This document shows positions 8,936 to 18,700 of a DNA stretch of 49,827 nt, piece after piece. Source of the stretch: Candidatus Staskawiczbacteria bacterium (GTDB lineage: Bacteria; Patescibacteriota; Minisyncoccia; Minisyncoccales; Staskawiczbacteraceae); NCBI GenBank assembly GCA_023245195.1, contig JAHFKU010000002.1, forward strand, positions 1 to 49,827, in the 5' to 3' direction. Position numbers and translations under genes: made by a program. The notes under the pieces are model-generated. The model ran no database searches. It saw only the letters and a list, made by a program, of their open reading frames with translations, and was not told the DNA's origin. Within the stretch, counting starts at the first letter, position 1, and every line of letters begins with the position of its first letter.

Positions 8936-9319
8936 ATGCCATTGCGAACAAAGGTAGTAATATTTGAGCCTAACAAAAAAAACCAAGATTTTTTGCACAA
9001 ACAACTAGACGCACTAGAAATTATCTTTACAGATTCTATCGAAGAAACCCAGACAAAACTCGTTGATGATGACGATGGAACAATTTGCGCTATTGCCATT
9101 ACGGTTCCCGAACCGATACAAATTTTAAAAATCCTGCCCGAAGTCGAAAGAATGAGAAGCAGTTTCCTGGGGCCCCTGATAGCCTTTCATAAATTTCAAG
9201 GCACGCGGAGGGCATTAAGAGAAGCCGGATGCGACCACGAATGTGATACGCAAGATCTGCCCCAAAACTTATTAGAAACACTCGGCCTATGCAGCCAAAT
9301 AGACAGCGCCAGCTTTTAA
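8936..9319 (+). CDS. hypothetical protein, possibly degenerate receiver-like (CheY-fold) domain
   Basis: 127 aa with AAAGGAG 7 nt upstream of the ATG. Alternating beta/alpha pattern (KVVIFEPN..., AIAITVPEP, PLIAF) but the canonical acidic pocket is not conserved. Confidence 0.35.
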   Translation: MPLRTKVVIFEPNKKNQDFLHKQLDALEIIFTDSIEETQTKLVDDDDGTICAIAITVPEPIQILKILPEVERMRSSFLGPLIAFHKFQGTRRALREAGCDHECDTQDLPQNLLETLGLCSQIDSASF

Positions 9320-9399
9320 CAAAAGGGCTGGCCATTTTTTTACCAAAAACCTGAAACGTGCCTTATATGAGGAATTTCGAGATTCGCCCCTAAAAACGG

Positions 9400-9427
9400 T
9401 TGCTTTTTATAAAGATTCTGCTATAAT
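9400..9427 (+). promoter_or_regulatory. candidate sigma70 promoter of rpsF-ssb-rpsR (TTGCTT-N16-TATAAT)
   Basis: Motifs read directly. This placement puts palindrome copy B in the rpsF 5' UTR. Confidence 0.5.
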
Positions 9428-9431
9428 CTAA

Positions 9432-9564
9432 GGAGTAATCACGAATATACAAATCTGGGACAATATACGAATTTTACGAATATACTAATCACGACGGTTC
9501 GTCCGTATTCGTATATTGGTAACATTTGTATATTTGACCGTATTTGTATATTAGTGACTACTCC
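9432..9564. repeat. Palindromic intergenic element, GGAGTAATCACGAATATAC family, copy B
   Basis: GGAGTAATCACGAATATAC ... GTATATTAGTGACTACTCC. The loop region contains CACGACGG. Ends 3 nt before the rpsF ATG. Confidence 0.8.
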
Positions 9565-9567
9565 ACT

Positions 9568-10020
9568 ATGAAACCATACGAATTAACCTATATTATATCT
9601 TCGGCCCAAAAGTCTGATGATGCAGAAAACCTCAAAAAAGAGGTTGAAGTTTTTGTGCAAGAAAAAGGCGGGGTCATTGTAAAATCAGAAAAAACCGTTC
9701 CTCAAAGCCTGGCTTACCCTATTAAAAAACAGAGTTCCGGTTTTTTTGTGACCTTGGAATTTCAGGGAGAAGAAAAAGAAATCAAGCCCCTGCAAGAAAA
9801 ATTAGAAAAGAATCAAAATATCTTGCGCCATTTTCTTATCATCAAAAAACCGGCCAAGCAAATGAAAGAACGAAGAACCAGAAGGCCGATGATGGCAGAA
9901 TCAAGAATGAAAGCAAAGCCTGAAACCAGCAGTGTCTATAAAGAAAAATTCAAAAAAGAGGAATCAGAAGTTAGCTTAAAAGATATTGATAAAAAGCTGG
10001 ACGAAATCCTTTCAGAATAA
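9568..10020 (+). CDS. rpsF: 30S ribosomal protein S6 with charged C-terminal extension
   Basis: MKPYELTYII... is S6-like. I prefer the ATG at 9568 because the tracked TTG at 9544 lies inside the palindrome. Confidence 0.85.
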   Translation: MKPYELTYIISSAQKSDDAENLKKEVEVFVQEKGGVIVKSEKTVPQSLAYPIKKQSSGFFVTLEFQGEEKEIKPLQEKLEKNQNILRHFLIIKKPAKQMKERRTRRPMMAESRMKAKPETSSVYKEKFKKEESEVSLKDIDKKLDEILSE

Positions 10021-10023
10021 CGC

Positions 10024-10106
10024 GATACTAATATGCTAATTCCATACCAATGATACTAATACGTTTTTATTCGTATGATTGGTATGCACATTTGTAGATT
10101 AGTATC
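10024..10106. repeat. Imperfect intergenic palindrome (GATACTAAT / CATACCAAT words)
   Basis: GATACTAAT...CATACCAAT...//...ATTGGTATG...ATTAGTATC arms lie between rpsF and ssb. Confidence 0.65.
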
Positions 10107-10112
10107 TCATTT

Positions 10113-10637
10113 ATGAATCTAAACAAAGCCTTTGTATTGGGCAACGTTACCAAAGATCCTGAAGTAAGGGCGATGCCTTCAGGGCAGCAAGTGGTTAATT
10201 TTTCCATAGCCACTAACCGATTTTATACCGACCAAGCCGGACAGAAAAAACAAGACGCCGAATTCCATAACATTGTAGCTTTTGGCAAGTTGGCTGATAC
10301 CATTTCAAAATACGTCAATAAAGGATCGTTAATTCTTATTGAAGGAAGGATAAAAACCCGGAATTGGGATAATTCTGCCGGCGTCAAACAATACAAAACA
10401 GAAATTATTGCTGAAAACCTGCAATTAGGGCCGAGGATGCAAGGAGGAACTAGCACCGGCGGACAATACCAAAAACCCTACCAAGCCCCGGCACGAAATG
10501 CCGCAACTACCGTAAAGAGCGAAGAAATCCCGATTATTGAAGAAAATACCCCGGTTAATTTTGCCAGCGAAGATCCAAAGAGCTTTACCAACGAAGAAAG
10601 GTCAGACGAGATAGATGTAAAAGACATCCCCTTTTGA
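10113..10637 (+). CDS. ssb: single-stranded DNA-binding protein
   Basis: OB-fold N-terminus (NKAFVLGNVTKDPEVR...), a Gly/Gln-rich linker, and an acidic tail ending DIPF. Confidence 0.9.
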   Translation: MNLNKAFVLGNVTKDPEVRAMPSGQQVVNFSIATNRFYTDQAGQKKQDAEFHNIVAFGKLADTISKYVNKGSLILIEGRIKTRNWDNSAGVKQYKTEIIAENLQLGPRMQGGTSTGGQYQKPYQAPARNAATTVKSEEIPIIEENTPVNFASEDPKSFTNEERSDEIDVKDIPF

Positions 10638-10660
10638 AATTATCAAGCGCAATGAATTTA

Positions 10661-10720
10661 CCAAGCACTCAATGCGTTGAGTACTCGGTGATAATTTATT
10701 CGCTTCGCTCATAAATTATC
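10661..10720 (+). promoter_or_regulatory. Double hairpin abutting the rpsR start codon; paralog of 36235-36287
   Basis: GCACTCAATGCGTTGAGTACTCGGTGATAATTTAT matches 36241-36275 with 2 mismatches. The second hairpin GATAATTTAT...ATAAATTATC ends at -1 of the ATG. Confidence 0.6.
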
Positions 10721-10918
10721 ATGTTCTGTCACTTTTGCCAAAAAAATATTGACTCGGTAGATTATAAAGACATTGAACTGTTAGCTAAGTTTATTTCCGG
10801 TTTTTATAAAATAAAGCCCCGCAAAAAAACGGGTTTGTGTTCGCATCACCAAAAAAAAATTTCAACTGCTATTAAAAGAGCACGTCAAATGGCGATGTTG
10901 CCGTATACGCCGCGCTAA
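10721..10918 (+). CDS. rpsR: 30S ribosomal protein S18
   Basis: 65 aa. ...DYKDIELLAKFIS...KIKPRKKTGLCSHHQKKISTAIKRARQMAMLPY is S18-like. Confidence 0.9.
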   Translation: MFCHFCQKNIDSVDYKDIELLAKFISGFYKIKPRKKTGLCSHHQKKISTAIKRARQMAMLPYTPR

Positions 10919-10970
10919 GCGCGGCAATTGGGACGCTAAGCGTCCCGCCGACCAATTAACTTTTGACACA

Positions 10971-11010
10971 AAAAAATAGCCGCGGCCCTCGGGCCGCGGC
11001 TATTTTTTTA
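10971..11010. terminator. Bidirectional intrinsic terminator
   Basis: AAAAAATAGCCGCGGCCC-TC-GGGCCGCGGCTATTTTTTT, a GC-rich 13-bp stem flanked by A and T runs. Confidence 0.85.
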
Positions 11011-11199
11011 TTTTTCAATTCTTTCCCGCCCCTCTCTGCCGGGATCTTTAAATCCCTCCGCCTCCATGCGCGCAATTTCTTCTTCTGATAATGGCTTTGG
11101 CTTCATACCTGCAGAACGAAGTTTTAACTCATCCGGCCTTCGAGGTTCTTGATCTTTTTTTTCTGGCTCTGATTCTGGCACTCTTTCTCCTATTGGCAT
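11008..11199 (-). CDS. hypothetical highly charged small protein
   Basis: 63 aa ORF downstream of recA on the same strand, ending at the terminator. No recognisable family and no clear SD. Confidence 0.35.
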   Translation of the reverse strand: MPIGERVPESEPEKKDQEPRRPDELKLRSAGMKPKPLSEEEIARMEAEGFKDPGREGRERIEK

Positions 11200-11284
11200 A
11201 TATTATAATCTTCAATTTTCAATTATCAATTTTCAATAACGCCACTGTTAATTGATAATATAAGAATTGATTGATAGTTATAAA

Positions 11285-12322
11285 CTATTTTTCAACTTCC
11301 GCTTCCGCCGGCGCTACGCCCACGGTCATGGCTTCTTCTTTTATTTTTTCTATCGCTTCAGGATGTTCTTTTAAAAATGCTTTTGCCGTTTCTGTGCCAA
11401 CGCCCATTTTTTCGCCATTTAACATAAACGTATTTCCGGTTTGTTTAATAACCCCCGACAACAAACCTGCGCGCAAGGCATCCCCGGATTTTGAAATTCC
11501 TTCGTTGTAATAAATATCAAATTCGGCAATCCGAAACGGCGCCGCCACTTTGTTTTTCACCACCTTGGCTTTTACCCTATTGCCAATAATTTCATCTCCC
11601 GATTTTATCTGGGCCGTTCGCGATAAATTAATCCTCACTGAAGCGTAAAATTTCAAGGCCAATCCCCCAGGCGTGGTTTCTGGATTGCCAAAGACCATAC
11701 CGATTTTCATCCTGGTTTGGTTAATAAAAATAATCATGGTGTTTGATTTGGCCGCAATACTGGAAAGCTTTCGACACGCTTGGGACATCATTCTAGCCTG
11801 CAAACCCATATGTTGATCGCCAATTTCGCCTTCAATTTCGCGTTGGGGAGTCAAAGCCGCTACCGAATCCACTACTACTACATCCACATTTTCGCTTTTT
11901 ACCAACGTTTCCACAATCTGCAAAGCTTGCTCGCCCGAAGATGGTTGTGAAATTAATAGATCAGCGGTGTTAACCCCAAGACGCTTGGCATAATCCGGAT
12001 CCATGGCATGCTCCGCATCAATATAGGCGCACACTCCGCCTTTTTTTTGCGCTTCAGCCACAATGTGCAGCGACAACGTGGTTTTTCCGCTTGACTCTGC
12101 CCCATAAATTTCAATAATTCTACCCCGCGGCATTCCGCCAACGCCCAAGGCCAAATCCATAGCAATTGACCCAGTAGGAATCACATCTACGTTCACCTTG
12201 CTGGTTTCCGAAAGCTTCATAATTGACCCCTCACCAAACCGTTCTTTGATTTCGTTGATAGCCGAAGTCAAAGCTTTGTCTTGCTTGGTTTCCTCCACCT
12301 TTTTTGGTTCCTTTTTTCCCAT
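11285..12322 (-). CDS. recA: recombinase RecA
   Basis: 345 aa with Walker [11 protein letters not shown] and RecA core conserved throughout. Confidence 0.95.
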   Translation of the reverse strand: MGKKEPKKVEETKQDKALTSAINEIKERFGEGSIMKLSETSKVNVDVIPTGSIAMDLALGVGGMPRGRIIEIYGAESSGKTTLSLHIVAEAQKKGGVCAYIDAEHAMDPDYAKRLGVNTADLLISQPSSGEQALQIVETLVKSENVDVVVVDSVAALTPQREIEGEIGDQHMGLQARMMSQACRKLSSIAAKSNTMIIFINQTRMKIGMVFGNPETTPGGLALKFYASVRINLSRTAQIKSGDEIIGNRVKAKVVKNKVAAPFRIAEFDIYYNEGISKSGDALRAGLLSGVIKQTGNTFMLNGEKMGVGTETAKAFLKEHPEAIEKIKEEAMTVGVAPAEAEVEK

Positions 12323-12360
12323 AAACTTTTTTGATTAATAATATTTATTTTTGCAAATCA

Positions 12361-12477
12361 CTATAAAACTATTCCAAACCACATCCCCAAACCAAAAGCG
12401 ATGAAAAACGTTCCCACGTATAACACGATTGCCAGTGCTATCGAATACCAGGTTACCTTATTAAATTCTATTTTCAT
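12361..12477 (-). CDS. possible 38-aa single-pass membrane peptide
   Basis: Minus-strand ATG...TAG ORF (MKIEFNKVTWYSIALAIVLYVGTFFIAFGLGMWFGIVL), below the ORF-track cutoff and upstream of recA. No homology evidence. Confidence 0.25.
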   Translation of the reverse strand: MKIEFNKVTWYSIALAIVLYVGTFFIAFGLGMWFGIVL

Positions 12478-12657
12478 GTGTTTAAAATTTTAGATTGTCC
12501 CGATCAAAATTTGATCTAAATTTTGATACGGGATCCCGTATGAATTTATTTTTATAAATTCATCGGGGCTTCGGCGCGCCTCGCAATGACGGCGTCGTAT
12601 CCGCGTAAATCCGCGTTGCTATCTGCGCAAATCCGCGTATTTTTGTTTACAAAAATG

Positions 12658-14892
12658 TTAAACTTTCGTCCATTCTCCATCTTCCTTAGGCAATTCCTCT
12701 GACTCATCCAGTCCTCCGCCTTCAATATCGGCTAATGCCGCTTTGGGCGCGTCTCCATACACTTCTCGGGGCTTGGCGCCATCGGCCGCACCCACAATGC
12801 CCTTGTCTTCGAGCATGTCAATTAAGCGCGCCGCGCGAGAATAGCCAATGCGCAACCTCCGCTGTAAAAACGAAGCTGAAGCTTTCTTGGTTTCAAGCAC
12901 GATTCTTTTAACATCTTCAAAGAGCGGATCATCATCGCCAAAAAACACATCTCCGCCGCCTTTTTCCGCGCCTTCTTGCTGGGATTCCAGCGTATCTTTT
13001 AAGCTGGCAATCAGAGCAGATTGAGGCTCATCCACCACCTTGGCTTGTTCATCCAGCCAATCGGTTACTTTTTTGACTTCTTTTTCAGAAACATACGGCC
13101 CCTGGACCCGGGTAATCCGGGAACTTTTTGATGACAAAAATAACATATCGCCAAGCCCCAACAATTTTTCAGCTCCCGAAGTATCAATAACCGTGCGCGA
13201 ATCAATCTGGCTAGCTACCTGGAAACTTATCCTCGAACTAATATTAGCCTTAATTAAACCCGTAATAACTTCAACCGAAGGCCTCTGCGTTGCCAGCACC
13301 AAGTGAATCCCCGTGGCCCGGGCCATTTGGGCCAATCTTACAATTCCCGCTTCCAATTCTTTGCCTTTGGCGGCCATCAAATCTGCCAATTCATCAACCA
13401 CCAGCACAATGTAAGGCAACACCTTGCCATCGGTAATAACCGCTTTATTTGAATTATAGCTTTTAATATTTCGGGCGGAAATTTCAGAAAACACTTCGAA
13501 TCTACGTTCCATTTCTTTAGCCAGCCACTGCAGGGCATTAATGGTTTTCTGGGCGTCATTAATGACTGGGCATAATAAATGCGGAATATTGTTGTAATTT
13601 TGGAATTCCACCCGCTTGGGGTCCACCATGATCAGGCGCAAATGCTCTGGCGTGCTTTTATACAGCATGCTTAAAATAAGGGCGTTTAAAAAAATGGTTT
13701 TTCCGGTTCCTGTCGCTCCGGCTACCAGCATGTGGGGCTGTTCTTCCAAGGCAGTATAGGTAGGAGAACCCGAAACATCTTTTCCCAGTGCAATATATAA
13801 AGGCGACTCGGCAGTTTGATAATTTTGATCGGCAATTAAATTGCGAAGCACCACCGTGGCCCGTATTTTATTTGGCACCTCAATTCCAACCAGCGATTTG
13901 CCCGGAATCGGCGCTTCAATCCTAATGGGATGGGCCGCCAAGGCTAGCGCCAAGTTATTTGAAAGGGTAGTAATTTTTGAAAGCTTCACCCCTTCAGCGG
14001 GCTTGAAGGCATACTGGGTTACCGCCGGGCCCACATTAACTTCGGCCATTTCCACCGGTATGCCAAAATTTTCTAGCGTCTTTTTAATGATCAATGAATT
14101 TTCTTTAATGTTTCCGCTGGTCGGAACCGTTTCATTCTTATTTAGCAAATCAATCGGCGGCAACGCGTACTTGCCTTTTTGGGTGGGCTGGGAAGCATTG
14201 ACGATCATCGGAACCCTTTCTTTTCCCTTATCATTCTCAACTTTTTTAAACAAAGAAACTTTTGGCTGCAATTTCGGTTCAGGCCGTTCCGGTTCAACTC
14301 CTTTTATCCTGAAATTGGGCGCATCCGAACTTTTAAGCACCTCTTTTTGAACCGGTTCTTCCTTTTCGCGGTTAAATTCGGCCCAAATAAACTGCAAAAA
14401 GATAAACAATCCGATAACAATAACCGCCGCAAAAATGATATTAGCAACTAACAGCCCGAACGACCCGACCAATAATTTTGCCAGCAAAAATCCGATCCAG
14501 CCACCTTTCATAGCGGTTAGATCGTGGGCCCCAAAAACTCCGGCAATGCCAATCAGAGAAACCACGATAGCAATTAAAAGCGACAAGCCCTTCACTTTTT
14601 TCTTGGTGGTTTTAAGAAACATTACTCCTCCTAAAACTAAAAACAAGGGAAGCGTAAAAATGGCATCCCCCGTTAAAAAGGTTGAAACACGAGTAAAAAT
14701 CTGGCCCACCTGCCCTGCCTTGCCCAAAAATCCCAGTACCACAATAATGGCCGCCACAAACATCAAAATAGCCTTAATCCATCGCTTGGTCTGCGAAGTT
14801 AAAAGGTATTCTTTCTTTTTTTCCCTTTGACCGCCGGAGCCTTGGCGAAGGCGGTTTTCATTTTCTTTTTCTAGTTTATCTCTTTTAGCCAT
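12658..14892 (-). CDS. ftsK: DNA translocase FtsK/SpoIIIE
   Basis: 744 aa with N-terminal TM helices, Walker A GATGTGKT, the VVDELADLM motif and a C-terminal gamma wHTH-like domain. Confidence 0.9.
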   Translation of the reverse strand: MAKRDKLEKENENRLRQGSGGQREKKKEYLLTSQTKRWIKAILMFVAAIIVVLGFLGKAGQVGQIFTRVSTFLTGDAIFTLPLFLVLGGVMFLKTTKKKVKGLSLLIAIVVSLIGIAGVFGAHDLTAMKGGWIGFLLAKLLVGSFGLLVANIIFAAVIVIGLFIFLQFIWAEFNREKEEPVQKEVLKSSDAPNFRIKGVEPERPEPKLQPKVSLFKKVENDKGKERVPMIVNASQPTQKGKYALPPIDLLNKNETVPTSGNIKENSLIIKKTLENFGIPVEMAEVNVGPAVTQYAFKPAEGVKLSKITTLSNNLALALAAHPIRIEAPIPGKSLVGIEVPNKIRATVVLRNLIADQNYQTAESPLYIALGKDVSGSPTYTALEEQPHMLVAGATGTGKTIFLNALILSMLYKSTPEHLRLIMVDPKRVEFQNYNNIPHLLCPVINDAQKTINALQWLAKEMERRFEVFSEISARNIKSYNSNKAVITDGKVLPYIVLVVDELADLMAAKGKELEAGIVRLAQMARATGIHLVLATQRPSVEVITGLIKANISSRISFQVASQIDSRTVIDTSGAEKLLGLGDMLFLSSKSSRITRVQGPYVSEKEVKKVTDWLDEQAKVVDEPQSALIASLKDTLESQQEGAEKGGGDVFFGDDDPLFEDVKRIVLETKKASASFLQRRLRIGYSRAARLIDMLEDKGIVGAADGAKPREVYGDAPKAALADIEGGGLDESEELPKEDGEWTKV

Positions 14893-14999
14893 ATTAATTC
14901 AGTAATTGTACCATTTGTTTTGGGAATTATTCAAGTGGGGAAATGTAATAAAAAAGGCCGCGTTCGCTTAAAGCTACTAACGGCTATGAAAAAATTGCG

Positions 15000-15443
15000 T
15001 TACTGGTTGACACAATTCTTTTTGTTTTTGCGGTACTTTTGCAGGAGATCCCAGAGACTAATGGTTTTAGGCATCTTGAAAAGAACAAAGCTATAAGACT
15101 TATTAATCGACCTTTCATCCAGAATGACATCTTCGAAGGTTTCATATAGAATGTAGTGGATTTTGCCTGCAAACTCCTCGCTATCAATATTCCAAACCAG
15201 AACATCACCGATGGTTTTATCATTATCACCGGCGGCGAAAAGGCGCCCATCCAGAAGATGATCTCCTTCCTCGTCTATTAATTGTAGAAAATAGTCCGTA
15301 AAGGTTTCTTCCCCCAATTCCATCGTAAGACCGAGGGCATCAAGTGAGAGGCGCGATACCCGCGCTCTGCTAGATCCTTGATCGGACTTATGAAGATAGT
15401 GCTTCAGAAATGGAAAATCGCGGACAATCTGCTTCATAGACAT
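15000..15443 (-). CDS. hypothetical protein
   Basis: I prefer the ATG at 15443 (MSMKQIV...), which is preceded by AAGGAG. No recognisable domain. Locally richer in G+C by eye. Confidence 0.45.
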   Translation of the reverse strand: MSMKQIVRDFPFLKHYLHKSDQGSSRARVSRLSLDALGLTMELGEETFTDYFLQLIDEEGDHLLDGRLFAAGDNDKTIGDVLVWNIDSEEFAGKIHYILYETFEDVILDERSINKSYSFVLFKMPKTISLWDLLQKYRKNKKNCVNQ

Positions 15444-15621
15444 AAGGTCTCCTTGTAGCATCTCGCTACAAAAGGGTGAGCCAGCGTCTCGCTATAGGCT
15501 CAGAAAAGAACTACCTCGAAACACTCGAGGATACAAGTGCATTATATTATAAATTTTAATTATGTCAACATCCCCGGCCTGAAGGCCGGGGCTTGCGGCC
15601 AAGGGAAGTCAAATTTCAAAA

Positions 15622-15673
15622 ATGAAAAAGTAGTATGTTTTTAAAAGCTTTTAAAAACATACTACTTTTTCAT
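15622..15673. repeat. Perfect 52-nt palindrome centred on AAGCTT
   Basis: ATGAAAAAGTAGTATGTTTTTAAAAG / CTTTTAAAAACATACTACTTTTTCAT are exact reverse complements. Confidence 0.9.
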
Positions 15674-15677
15674 ACGT

Positions 15678-15709
15678 AAAAAATGGCCCGACTTTCGGGC
15701 CAATTTTTT
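15678..15709 (-). terminator. Intrinsic terminator downstream of rpoC
   Basis: Minus strand reads GGCCCGAAAGTCGGGCC followed by ATTTTTT. Confidence 0.8.
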
Positions 15710-15753
15710 ATTCGTGATTCGTGTTGATTCGTTTTGCAATTCGGGTTCATTCG

Positions 15754-18700
15754 TTATTTGCTTTTATGAAACCCTGTTCCCACCGGAATAATCTTTCCGA
15801 TAATCACATTTTCTTTCAAACCTCTTAAATAATCCACCTTGCCTTCAAGCGAAGCTTTAATCAAAACCCGTGAAGTCTGTTGGAAAGAAGCGGCTGATAA
15901 GAAACTTTCAGAAGCCAGCGCCACTTCAGAAATTCCCAATAGAATCTGGGCGCCCATTGGCACGGCTTTTTTCAAATCTTTCAGGCGTTCTATTTCTTCA
16001 GCAAACACCGACCATTCAACAATCTCTCCCTTGACCCACAAAGAATCTCCCTCTTCTTTAATTCTGATTCTTGAAAACATCTTTTGAATAATGATTTCAA
16101 CGTGTTTGTCATGAATATCAACTCCCTGAGAAGCATAAATCCTTTGGACTTCCCGCAAAATATACTTTTGAGTTTCTTCCAAGCCCGATGCTTTATACAA
16201 TTTCTTTAAATCCAAATTTCCTCCGCACAGCGGCTGGTTTTCTTTGACTTCATCCCCCACTTTTACCAACATGGCAATTCTAGGAGGAATCTGGTAATCA
16301 ACGGTTAACTCTTTGCTCTTAGCCTTTTTACCGGCTTCTCCATAAGGTTTTATGGTTACGATTTTCTTTTCTTCGTCAATCTTAACCACTTCTCCTTCTG
16401 AAAGTGACATAACGGCTTCTCCCTTAGGAGCCCGTGACTCAAAAATTTCTTCAATTCTCGGCAAACCTTGAGTGATGTCGCCGGCTCCGGCCACTCCTCC
16501 CAAGTGGTGGGTTCTTAAAGTAAGCTGGGTTCCCGGTTCTCCAATGGCCTGGGCGGCTACGACTCCCACGGCTTCTCCAAGTTTTATGACCTGGTTTCGG
16601 CCCAAATCCCAACCATAGCATTTTTGGCAGACCCCCCGGATGCTCTTGCAGGCCAAGGGGGATCTCACCGCCACTTTTTCAATTTCTTCTTTAACTATTT
16701 GGGCGGCCTGGTGCCAATCGATGGTTTCGCCTTTCTTGACAATAATATTTTTTTCTTTGCCCGCCGTAGCCTTGGCGGAGACTGGGTTATCCTGTTTTGA
16801 AACCACGTCTTCAACCGAAAATCTTCCCACCAGTTTATAGACAAAATTCTGTTCTATGCTGTCGGCATCTTTTCTAAAAACCGTAATTCCCTTTTTGTCA
16901 CCGCAATCTTCTTCTGAAACAATCACATCGTGGGCGACATCAACCAATCGGCGGGTTAAGTATCCGGCAGACGAAGTTCTCAAAGCCGTATCAGCGGTTC
17001 CTTTTCTGGCTCCGTGGGTAGAAATGAAGTATTCCAGCACATTAAATCCTTCGGTAAAAGAAGCTTTCACCGGCAATTCAATAATGTCTCCTGAAGGGTT
17101 ATTTACCAGCCCCTTCATACCGGCCATTTGGACTAATTGTGCCCACGTTCCTCGCGCCCCGGCATTAATAATAGATAATACCGGCCCATCTTCTGGCAGG
17201 GTGGTTTTTAACAATCCTTCCAATTTTGATTTAACCGACTGCCAGATTAAAATTTTCTGGGAAGTCTTTTCTTCGTGCGACAACAGCCCTTTTTCATAGT
17301 GGCTGTCAATTCTTTCTACCTCTTTTTCTGAATCCAAAATCAACTGTTTTTTCTCTTTTGGAACAATCAAGTCATCCATGCCCCAACTAATTCCCGACAA
17401 GGTGCAATACTCAAACCCCATGGTTTTAATTTTATCCAAGGTATCGATGGCAACTTCGCCATGGTATTTTTCAATGATATCGCGGATCATCACTTTTAAA
17501 GATTTATTATCTATCAATTTGCTGACATACGGATAATCTTTTGGCAAGCTGGCGTTTAAAATGAGCCGGCCAACTGAAGTTTCGATGATTTCATGCGCAT
17601 CAGATTTTGGATTTGGAACTTTAATTTTGGTATTTAAATCTAAATATCCGAATTCATGGGCGGTGATGGCTTCTGAATCGCTTGAATACCATGGCACGTC
17701 TTTTTCATTCTTGGGTTCAACTAACCGGGACAAGAAATAACAACCAAGGGCAATGTCTCGGTACGGGCCGATGGCTGGCATACCAGAAGAAGACCTCAAA
17801 AGGTTAAGGCTCGAAAGCATAATTTCCCGGGCTTCTTTTTGCGCTTCTTCAGACAATGGCAAATACACGGCCATTTGGTCGCCGTCAAAGTCAGCGTTAA
17901 ACGCTTCGCAAGCAAACGGATGCAATTTTATCGTATCTCCTTCGGTTAAAACCGGGTGAAAGGCCTGGATTCCCAAGCGATGCAAGGTCGGGGCTCGGTT
18001 TAAAAGCACCAATTTATCTTTTACGATTTCTTCTAAAATCGCCCAAACTTCCGGGATTTTTTCGTCAATTAACCTGGCCGCTCCCCGAATATTATAAGCC
18101 AATTCTTTGTCTAAAATTCTTTTAATCACAAAGGGTTTAAATATTTCTAGGGCTAAATTTTTTGGCAAACCGCACTGCGAAAAATGAAGCTCGGTTCCTA
18201 CAGTAATCACTGATCTACCCGAATAATCCACCCGCTTTCCCAATAAATTCTGCCTGAATCTTCCTTGTTTTCCAGCCAAAATGGCGGCCAACGATTTTAG
18301 CAATCTTTTTCCTCCGGTGGTGGCCGTGGTCGTAACTCCTTTTCTCATTTCGTTATCTATCAATGCGTCTACGGCTTCCTGCAACATTCTTTTTTCGTTT
18401 CTGACAATAACCGAAGGAGCTGAAATTTCCTGCAAATACTTTAATCGGTTATTTCGGTTGATAACACGCCGGTACAAATCATTTAAGTCGCTAGATGCAT
18501 ACCTTCCTCCGTCAAGCTGAACCATCGGCCGCAAATCCGGCGGTAAAATCGGCAGAATATTTACAAACATCCATTCCGGCCTTACTTTGGCTCGCAACAT
18601 TCCCTGGAACATTTTCAATCTCCTCAAAATTTTCTTTTTGGTAATCGGCGGCGCTTCCTCGGCTTCTTTTTGCAATTCATCAGTGGTAATTTGCAAATCC

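Noticed and set aside
8854-9335. Minus-strand ORFs 8854..9099 and 9099..9335
   Set aside because: They are antisense to the SD-preceded ORF 8936..9319 and have no start context.
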